In this document: positions 12,201 to 22,700 of the stretch, piece after piece
How the letters are laid out: each line of letters starts with the position of its first letter
Numbering within the stretch: the stretch's first letter is position 1
Assembly: GCA_040954595.2 (NCBI GenBank)
Contig: CM082584.2
Span: 2,697,344 to 2,761,343, forward strand
From: Balanoglossus misakiensis
Taxonomy: Eukaryota > Animalia > Hemichordata
DNA: 64,000 nt
Direction of reading: 5' to 3'
Translations under genes and position numbers: made by a program
The notes under the pieces: model-generated
What the model was told of the DNA's origin: nothing
What the model saw: the letters and a program-made list of their open reading frames with translations, nothing else
The model's database searches: none

Positions 12201-12759
12201 ATGGACAAGATTGGATGAATATCTGAAAAGAAGACAGGAGGAGAGTTCATCAGATTTGCTAGAGCCAGTGAAACAGGTTATCCAAAATGCAGAGTTACTG
12301 CTGGGAGAAATAAGGTGCATTTGTAAAATTATTTAATGAGTTCAGTCATTGGCTCTGTTATCGAACCCTGATGTTGAATATCACAGCAAAACATTACTGT
12401 CAGATTTCCCCTTTTGGAAAAATGGAACTATCGCTTTTAGTCACTTTTGAATGCTTATCTTATTTGTTATCTTTTACATTTCAGGACCATTAACAAAGAT
12501 GCCCTTTTTGTTGGTTTGACTGGCTTGATTGACATATGTGATATTATCATACAGAAGCTCTCTTTTGTTCAAGCACCTATGTATGGCAATATTCTCAAGA
12601 CGACTGATGCAAGACCAGGTGTTGGTGTCAGCAATGTGGAAGTGAGATATAGAGATGCTGAACTTATACGAATTCATGGAACTGACCGCATGATACGACT
12701 ACACAGAGCACCTGGGGATTCTGGTCAAAATGAGGCAGAAAGATTAAATGCTGCAATAG
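9258..12759 (+). pseudogene. Zator-like (IS630-Tc1-mariner clan) DDE transposase, at least 6 exons, one in-frame stop, 3' end missing
   Basis: Exons 9258-10680, 10857-11009, 11218-11326, 11449-11555, 12092-12314 and 12485-12759 all have GT-AG boundaries with consistent phases (763 codons). Motifs: GAPRLL..AHGRRH, PRNVRSIQAKAH, SMDDKAYLRPG, LPQHDF, RPKH, TDARPG, RAPGDSGQNEAER; D713-E757 spacing is 43. TAA stop at 11238-11240. Confidence 0.85.
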
Positions 12760-12772
12760 GTAAGCAGTAGGG

Positions 12773-13887
12773 CAACAACTTGAAATCCCCATATGCATTT
12801 AATACCCATGTCAAAGTGAAGAGTTTGCATCACCATCTACTCTGATGCATCATTGAGCTTGCTTCGCCATTTGCCCTAACGCAAAGAATTACATTCAATG
12901 TCACCATTGCATTAGCAATGTCAAAGTACAGTGCTTTCCGCCACGTATTAAACTGGGGATTTACAGTCACCTTTAAATCCCCCTGTAGGCATTTTATACC
13001 CAAGTTCAAGTGCAGAGCTTGCATCACTATCTACCCTGATGCATCATCAACCTTGCTTCGCCATTTACCCTGATGCAAAGAATCAGATTCAATGTCATCG
13101 TTGCATTAGCAATGTCAAAGTACAGTGCTTTTGGACACGTATTAACCCAGGGATTTATCATCAACTTGAAATCCCCATATGCATTTAATACCCATGTCAA
13201 AGTGAAGTGTTTGCATCACTATCTACCCTGATGCATCATAAAGCTTGCTACGCCATTTACCCTGATGCAAAGAATCAGATTCAATGTCATCGTTACATTA
13301 GCAATGTCAAAGTACAGTGCTTTTGGACACGTATTAACCCAGGGATTTATCATCAACTTGAAATCCCCATATGCATTTAATACCCATGTCAAAGTGAAGT
13401 GATTGCATCACTATCTACCCTGATGCATCATCAACCTTGCTTCGCCATTTGCCCTGATGCAAATAATCAGATTCAATGTCATCGTTGCATTAGCAATGTC
13501 AAATTAGAGTGCTTTTGGCCACGTATTAACCTATGGATTTACATTTAACATTAAATACCCATGTGAAAGTGCAGAGTTTGCATCACCATCTACTCTGATG
13601 CATCATTGAGCTTGCTTCGCCATTTGCCCTAATGCAAAGAATCCCATTCAATGTCACCATTGCATATGCAATGTCAAAGTACAGTGCTTTCCGCCACGTA
13701 TTAACCTAGGGATTTACAGACAACTTTAAATCCCCCTGTAGGCATTTTATACCCATGTCAAAGTGCAGAGCTTGCATCACCATCTTCCCAGATGCATCAT
13801 CAAGCTTGCTTCGCCTTTTACCCTGATGCAAAAGATCAGAATTAAAATCACTGTTGCATTAGCAATTACAGTGCTTTTGGCCATGTA
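12773..13887. repeat. Satellite I, left segment (~6 monomers of 175-194 bp)
   Basis: Tandem copies of ...ccctgatgcatca...caatgtcaaagtacagtgc...gggattt...aaatcccc...cccatgtcaaagtg; the last monomer is more diverged. Confidence 0.97.
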
Positions 13888-16719
13888 CAGTCCCAACAGA
13901 ATAGAACAACTATTTGTACATTTCTGAATACGGCAAGTAGTACGTCAACCCTACGGGAACCCCTACGGGAACTATTGTTAGTTGTAGCAGAGTTTGCTGC
14001 AACAATTGTCTAAGGCCCATTTCCTTTTGTTACATTTCCGTAAAAACTACGGCAACTCCTTTACAGCAAGCCATTAACAAGGGAAGCTTAACACCTCTAC
14101 CTGTAAATACTGCTGCAACACCTGTCAATTAGCCCCACAGAGTGATGCCTTTTGTTCAAGGTGTTGATTATTTTGCTACAACTAGAGTGATTGACAGGTC
14201 TAGAACTAGAGTGCAACATTTTTGCAACAGGTCACTGCAACATTGTATCACAAAGTTTACAAAAGAAGCTCTGTCTGAGAATAAAATGGCAAAGGGCTGA
14301 CATCAAATACCAATGAAGTCAGTTTTGGAATGATGTTATGTTCATCGACAAAGTCTGAACTCTCTTGGTAACAGAACAGTCTGTGGACATGAACAGAGGT
14401 CAACACATCCCTACCCCAGTGTTGTAGAATGCACATGTTTTGCTGGGGTTTCTTTTCTTTCAAGGAGCTGGACCAATTAATATTTGAGAGATACAGCATG
14501 ACCAATGGAAAATCAAACACAATGACGCATTTCACAATTGGGTTTAGCTTAAAAGACATTGGCTTTCATTTTTTTTGACCTGCTGCCCCCCCCCCCCACC
14601 CCCTTACATGAAGACCCTGATAATAAATATTAGGCTTGTTTACAAAATAATGTTGGCCTGCAGTACCACGTTCCGCTGCAGTTTGATCTTTAGAACAGAC
14701 AAGTTTTGAGAGTCTTGACTATAATTTTGAAGGGTTTCATAAGTAGTAATGGTCTGTATTATTTCAATATTCTATTATTACGGCAATGGATATACACTCA
14801 TTTTCCGACGGGCAGTGCTTGAACATGATGGGAAGTGACTGGCAGCAATTAGTTGGCCGGTTTGGGATGAATGACCTACATGTTTACTCATTATATATTC
14901 ACGCAATTTGTTTAGTCTAAGCAAGCCCCTGCACTTGGCAGAATTTGAATACAATTTGCCTGTCAATCATTGTCTGGCTACCCCTTGCCCCCAAAGTCCG
15001 CGCCTGATAAAATACATTCAATGAGCGACCTTTATATCCAGACAGAGAGGGGGTGGCCGCAGTGAATGAATTGATGGTAAGTTTCAAATTCACATGTAAA
15101 ATTTTAACATTTTCTGTTCAAATCCAGCCAGTTCAATGAATTGTTTAATCAACATTCCTGAAATAAAAAAGTTGACAACAAAGTGACTACTACGAGCGGG
15201 CATGCATGACAGTAATGATCGCTGAACTTTCAACAAAATACAGTGGTATAGTGGTTTAGTCCAAATGCTTCTTTGTCAAGCTCTCGGGTGCGTGAATATT
15301 CATGAGAAACTTATTACTGCGAACGTACATTCACAACATGAAACTAGTCCTATTATTTCAGAGCACTTGCCAAGTGGTCAAATCATGGTGGTAAAAGATG
15401 AGTGGCCGGCAAGACCGGGCCTAGACGTCCTCCACCTGTGTCAAACGGCTTTTGATGTGAATAATACTTTGCATAAATTACGAGGTCAACATGTGTGGTA
15501 GTGCTGGTAGTATCGATCGATCGACCTGGTAAAAAGATGAGCGGCTAGACGTCCTGCTGCCGTGTCTAACAGCTTTTGACGTGACAAATAATTTGAATAA
15601 ATTACAAGGTCAACATGTGGCCGATTTCATCATGTAAATAAAAAGCACATGGGTCCAAAAGTTTCAGGCACTCTGATATGCATAGTGGTGTCAGAGGTGT
15701 TTCCCACACCAAAACTTAGAAGACAGTCATTTCAATTACGGCCTCCTGCCAAACTCAACACATGCGCACAAAATGGAACTGCAACTTTATTCACAAATCT
15801 GCAGAATTCTAGTGCAAAAAACAGACAAACTCAAAATACACATCGCACCATGGTTCACTCTGAATTACATGTATTTGGACTTTCACTGGGCCATGTCTCT
15901 GCTTGATAGCATCAGGTTTGCAACACATTGTTGCCAAATTTACACATATTGACAAGGTAATCAAAACAACAGGTGTTTTATTACTCAGGGTATCACTAAT
16001 GCCAGGGAGGTCCGTCTGCGTCTATTTGGTCACCAGCATGGCACACGTCCTGTAATTATAATTGCTGTTTTGAGTGCGTCTTTACCTAATTTGAATATCC
16101 TGATCAGGTTGTTGGCCTTGCCCTAGTTGTCTCAAAATGTACATTGATACAAACAATTGCAACATATTAGTCAATACCCTGCCAACTTACGCCAAGTGTA
16201 CATGTTGTTATGGAAGTTTATTTTTAGAACCGCTTGCTTTCTGCATAGGTCACAACACAAAACTTTGAAGCCCGTCAGCTAGCCCTGCATAGCGTATGTA
16301 AAGCTACTGAGACAGGGGAAATATTAGTAAGGTTGACAACTGACTTGCTCGCTATCAAGATTTAGAAGGAATTTATTTGCTTAGTGAGGCCAGGACATAA
16401 ATTGCCCCCAACCAAGCAAAATCCACGTGGGTGGAGCTCATTATCACACATAGACATTGCTACAACTATTGTTCACATCAGGGTGATAATCACCTCCCCA
16501 TTAGCCCTTCTTGCTGTAACACCTGCCCCAAATTGCCCTAATGGAGCACACATTCTTTTGTTTCAAACTAGGGGAACCTTTGTAGTTGCCGTAAACTAAG
16601 ACAAAAAACATCAATTAACCAACAAAAGAGGTGTTGCCGTAACATCTCTGCTACAACACTGCTACAACTAGTGCGGGAACTTTCCCGTACAGTTTAGTTG
16701 TTGTACGCTGTTGGGACTG
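13888..16719. mobile_element. 2832-bp non-autonomous TIR DNA transposon with TA TSD inserted in a satellite monomer (Tc1/mariner-like or EnSpm/CMC-like)
   Basis: cagtcccaacag at 13888 and ctgttgggactg ending at 16719 (12 bp perfect, ~25 bp imperfect); TA on both sides; removal restores the monomer ...ggccatgTAttaacccaggg; inverted subterminal motifs tacgggaa, gttgtagcag, tacggcaac. Confidence 0.9.
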
Positions 16720-19700
16720 TATTAACCCAGGGATTTACAGTCAACTTTAAATACTCATGCATATGCATTGAAAACCTATGTCAAAGTGCAGAGCTTGCAT
16801 CACCATCTACTCTGATGCATCATAAAGCTTGCTTCGCCATTTGCCCTAATGCAAAGAATCACATTCAATGGCACCATTGCATTAGCAATGTCAAAGTACA
16901 GTGCTTTTGGACACGTATTAACCTACAGAATTTTAAACAACTTGAAATCCCCATATGCATTTAATACCTATGTCAAAGTGAAGTGTTTGCATCACCATCT
17001 ACTCTGATGCATCATTGAGCTTGCTTCGCCATTTGCCCTAATGCAAAGAATCACATTCAATGTCACCATTGCATTAGCAATGTCAAAGTACAGTGCTTTC
17101 CGCCACGTATTAAACTGGGGATTTACAGACAACTTTAAATCCCCCTGTAGGCATTTTATACCCAAGTTCAAGTGCAGAGCTTGCATCACTATCTACCCTG
17201 ATGCATCATCAACCTTGCTTCACCATTTACCCTGATGCAAAGAATCAGATTCAATGTCATCGTTGCATTAGCAATGTCAAAGTACAGTGCTTTTGGACAT
17301 GTATTAACCCAGGGATTTATCATCAACTTGAAATCCCCATATGCATTTAATACCCATGTCAAAGTGAAGTGCTTGCATCACTATCTACCCTGATGCATCA
17401 TAAAGCTTGCTACGCCATTTACCCTGATGCAAAGAATCAAATTCAATGTCATCGTTGCATTAGCAATGTCAAAGTACAGTGCTTTTGGACACGTATTAAC
17501 CCAGGGATTTATCATCAACTTGAAATCCCCATATTCATTTAATACCCATGTCAAAGTGAAGTGATTGCATCACTATCTACCCTGATGCATCATCAACCTT
17601 GCTTCGCCATTTGCCCTAATGCAAAGAATCACATTCAATGTCACCATTGCATTAGCAATGTCAAAGTACAGTGCTTTCCGCCACGTATTAAACTGGGGAT
17701 TTACAGACAACTTTAAATCCCCCTGTAGGCATTTTATACCCAAGTTCAAGTGCAGAGCTTGCATCACTATCTACCCTGATGCATCATCAACCTTGCTTCG
17801 CCATTTACCCTGATGCAAAGAATCAGATTCAATGTCATCGTTGCATTAGCAATGTCAAAGTACAGTGCTTTTGGACATGTATTAACCCAGGGATTTATCA
17901 TCAACTTGAAATCCCCATATGCATTTAATACCCATGTCAAAGTGAAGTGTTTGCATCACTATCTACCCTGATGCATCATAAAGCTTGCTACGCCATTTAC
18001 CCTGATGCAAAGAATCAAATTCAATGTCATCGTTGCATTAGCAATGTCAAAGTACAGTGCTTTTGGACACGTATTAACCCAGGGATTTATCATCAACTTG
18101 AAATCCCCATATTCATTTAATACCCATGTCAAAGTGAAGTGATTGCATCACTATCTACCCTGATGCATCATCAACCTTGCTTCGCCATTTGCCCTGATGC
18201 AAAGAATCAGATTCAATGTGATTGTTGCATTAGCAATATCAAATTAGAGTGCTTTTGGCCACGTATTAACCTATGGATTTACATTTAACGTTAAATACCC
18301 ATGTGAAAGTGCAGAGTTTGCATCACCATCTACTCTGATGCATCATTGAGCTTGCTTCGCCATTTGCCCTAATGCAAAGAATCCCATTCAATGTCACCAT
18401 TGCATATGCAATGTCAAAGTACAGTGCTTTCCGCCACGTATTAACCCAGGGATTTACAGACAACTTTAAAATCCCCCTGTAGGCATTTTATACCCATGTC
18501 AAAGTGCAGAGCTTGCATCACTATCTACCCTGATGCATCATCAACCTTGCTTCACCATTTACCCTGATGCAAAGAATCAAATTCAATGTCATCGTTGCAT
18601 TAGCAATGTCAAAGTACAGTGCTTTCCGCCACGTATTAACCCAGGGATTTACAGACAACTTTAAATCCCCCTGTAGGCATTTTATACCCATGTCAAAGTG
18701 CAGAGCTTGCATCACTATCTACCCTGATGCATCATAAAGCTTACTACGCCATTTACCCTGATGCAAAGAATCAGATTCAATGTCATCATTGCATTAGCAA
18801 TGTCAAAGTACAATGCTTTTGGACACGTATTAACCCACAGAATTTTCAACAACCTGAAATCCCCATATGCATTTAATACCCATGTCAAAGTGAAGTGTTT
18901 GCATCACTATCTACCCTGATGCATCATACAGCTTGCTACGCCATTTACCCTGATGCAAAGAATCAGATTCAATGTCATCGTTACATTAGCAATGTCAAAG
19001 TACAGTGCTTTTGGACACGTATTAACCCAGGGATTTATCATCAACTTGAAATCCCCATATGCATTTAATACCCATGTCAAAGTGAAGTGATTGCATCACT
19101 ATCTATCCTGATGCATCATCAACCATGCTTCGCCATTTGCCCTGATGCAAAGAATCAGATTCAATGTCATCGTTACATTAGCAATGTCAAAGTACAGTGC
19201 TTTTGGACACGTATTAACCCAGGGATTTATCATCAACTTGAAATCCCCATATTCATTTAATACCCATGTCAAAGTGAAGTGATTGCATCACTATCTACCC
19301 TGATGCATTATCAACCTTGCTTCGCCATTTGCCCTGATGCAAAGAATCAGATTTAATGTGATCGTTGCATTAGCAATGTCAAATTAGAGTGCTTTTGGCC
19401 ACGTATTAACCTATGGATTTACATTTAACATTAAATACCCATGTGAAAGTGCAGAGTTTGCGTCACCATCTACTCTGATGCATCATTGAGTTTGCTTCGC
19501 CATTTGCCCTAATGCAAAGAATTCCATTCAATGTCACCATTGCATATGCAAAGTCAAAGTACAGTGCTTTCCGCCACGTATTAACCCAGGGATTTACAGA
19601 CAACTTTAAATCCCCCTGTAGGCATTTTATACCCATGTCAAAGTGCACAGCTTGCATCACTATCTACCCTGATGTATCATAAAGCTTACTACGCCATTTA

Positions 19701-22700
19701 CCCTGATGCAAAGAATCAGATTCAATGTCATCATTGCATTAGCAATGTCAAAGTACAATGCTTTTGGACACGTATTAACCCACAGATTTTTCAACAACCT
19801 GAAATCCCCATATGCATTTAATACCCATGTCAAAGTGAAGTGTTTGCTTCACTATCTACCCTGATGCATCATAAAGCTTGCTACGCCATTTACCCTGATG
19901 CAAAGAATCAGATTCAATGTCATCGTTACATTAGCAATGTCAAAGTACAGTGCTTTTGGACACGTATTAACCCAGGGATTTATCATCAACTTGAAATCCC
20001 CATATGCATTTAATACCCATGTCAAAGTGAAGTGATTGCATCACTATCTATCCTGATGCATCATAAACCTTGCTTCGCCATTTGCCCTGATGCACAGAAT
20101 CAGATTCAATGTCATCGTTGCATTAGCAATGTCAAATTAGAGTGCTTTTGGCCACGTATTAACCTATGGATTTACATTTAACATTAAATACCCATGTGAA
20201 AGTGCAGAGTTTGCATCACCATCTACTCTGATGCATCATTGAGCTTGCTTCGCCATTTGCCCTAATGCAAAGAATCCCATTCAATGTCACCATTGCATAT
20301 GCAATGTCAAAGTACAGTGCTTTCCGCCACGTATTAACCCAGGGATTTACAGACAACTTTAAATCCCCCAGTAGGCATTTTATACCCATGTCAAAGTGCA
20401 GAGCTTGCATCACTATCTACCCTGATGCATCATCAACCTTGCTTCGCCATTTACCCTGATGCAAAGAATCAGATTCAATGTCATCGTTGCATTAGCAATG
20501 TCAAAGTACAGTGCTTTTGGACACGTATTAACCCAGGGATTTACAGACAACTTTAAATCCCCCTGTAGGCATTTTATACCCATGTCAAAGTGAAGTGTTT
20601 GCATCACTATCTACCCTGATGTATCATAAAGCTTGCTACGCCATTTACCCTGATGCAAAGAATCAGATTCAATGTCATCATTGCATTAGCAATGTCAAAG
20701 TACAGTGCTTTTCGACACGTATTAACCCACAGATTTTTCAACAACCTGAAATCCCCATATGCATTTAATACCCATGTCAAAGTGAAGTGTTTGCATCACT
20801 ATCTACCCTGATGCATCATAAAGCTTGCTACGCCATTTACCCTGATGCAAAGAATCATATTCAATGTCATCGTTACATTAGCAATGTCAAAGTACAGTGC
20901 TTTTGGACACGTATTAACCCAGGGATTTATCATCAACTTGAAATCCCCATATGCATTTAATACCCATGTCAAAGTGAAGTGATTGCATCACTGTCTACCC
21001 TGATGCATCATCAACCTTGCTTCGCCATTTACCCTGATGCAAAGAATCAGATTCAATGTCATCGTTACATTAGCAATGTCAAAGTACAGTGCTTTTGGAC
21101 ACGTATTAACCCAGGGATTTATCATCAACTTGAAATCCCCATATGCATTTAATACCAATGTCAAAGTGAAGTGATTGCATCACTATCTACCCTGATGCAT
21201 CATCAACCTTGCTTCGCCATTTGCCCAGATGCAAAGAATCAGATTCAATGTCATCGTTGCATTAGCGATGTCAAATTAGAGTGCTTTTGGCCACGTATTA
21301 ACCTATGGATTTACATTTAACATTAAATACCCATGTGAAAGTGCAGAGTTTGCATCACCATCTACTCTGATGCATCATTGAGCTTGCTTCGCCATTTGCC
21401 CTAATGCAAAGAATCGCATTCAATGTCACCATTGCATATGCAATGTCAAAGTACAGTGCTTTCCGCCACGTATTAACCCAGGGATTTACAGACAACCTTA
21501 AATCCCCCTGTAGGCATTTTATACCCATGTCAAAGTGCAGAGCTTGCATCACTATCTACCCTGATGCATAATCAACCTTGCTTCGCCATTTACCCTGATG
21601 CAAAGAATCAGATTCAATGTCATCGTTGCATTAGCAATGTCAAAGTACAGTGCTTTTGGACACGTATTAACCTAGGAATTTACAGACAACTTTAAATCCC
21701 CCTGTAGGCATCTTATACCCATGTCAAAGTGAAGTGTTTGCATCACTATCTACCCTGATGCATCATAAAGCTTGCTACGCCATTTACCCTGATGCAAAGA
21801 ATCAAATTCAATGTCATCATTGCATTAGCAATGTCAAAGTACAGTGCTTTTCGACACGTATTAACCCACAGATTTTTCAACAACCTGAAATCCCCATATG
21901 CATTTAATACCCATGTCAAAGTGAAGTGTTTGCATCACTATCTACCCTGATGCATCATAAAGCTTGCTACGCCATTTACCCTGATGCAAAGAATCAGATT
22001 CAATGTCATCGTTACATTAGCAATGTCAAAGTACAGTGCTTTTGGACACGTATTAACCCAGGGATTTATCATCAACTTGAAATCCCCGTATGCATTTAAT
22101 ACCCATGTCAAAGTGAAGTGATTGCATCACTATCTACCCTGATGCATCATCAACCTTGCTTCGCCATTTGCCCAGATGCAAAGAATCAGATTCAATGTCA
22201 TCGTTGCATTAGCAATGTCAAATTAGAGTGCTTTTGGACACGTATTAACCTATGGATTTACATTTAACATTAAATACCCATGTGAAAGTGCAGAGTTTGC
22301 ATCACCATCTACTCTGATGCATCATTGAGCTTGCTTCGCCATTTGCCCTAATGCAAAGAATCCCATTCAATGTCACCATTGCATATGCAATGTCAAAGTA
22401 CAGTGCTTTCCGCCACGTATTAACCCAGGGATTTACAGACAACTTTAAATCCCCCTGTAGGCATTTTATACCCATGTCAAAGTGCAGAGCTTGCATCACT
22501 ATCTACCCTGATGCATAATCAACCTTGCTTCGCCATTTACCCTGATGCAAAGAATCAGATTCAATGTCATCGTTGCATTAGCAATGTCAAAGTACAGTGC
22601 TTTTGGACACGTATTAACCCAGGGATTTACAGACAACTTTAAATCCCCCTGTAGGCATTTTATACCCATGTCAAAGTGAAGTGTTTGCATCACTATCTAC

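Larger units (their letters stand above)
6463..12772 (+). mobile_element. Left part of a large two-gene Zator-like transposon, truncated by the satellite
   Basis: TAA (6460-6462) followed by gggcctggtcagaattaacagggggg and three GGGGAGGG(T/C)C subterminal repeats (~6503-6583); Zator-like transposase downstream; matching right TIR not found, so the boundary is inferred. Confidence 0.6.

Noticed and set aside
14257-16599. Short ORFs inside the 2.8-kb TA-TSD element as transposase remnants
   Set aside because: No recognisable DDE, HTH or other motif, and no consistent exon chain
22330-22350. CENP-B box in the satellite monomer (cttcgccatttgcccta)
   Set aside because: It has TTCG but lacks the essential A..CGGG positions
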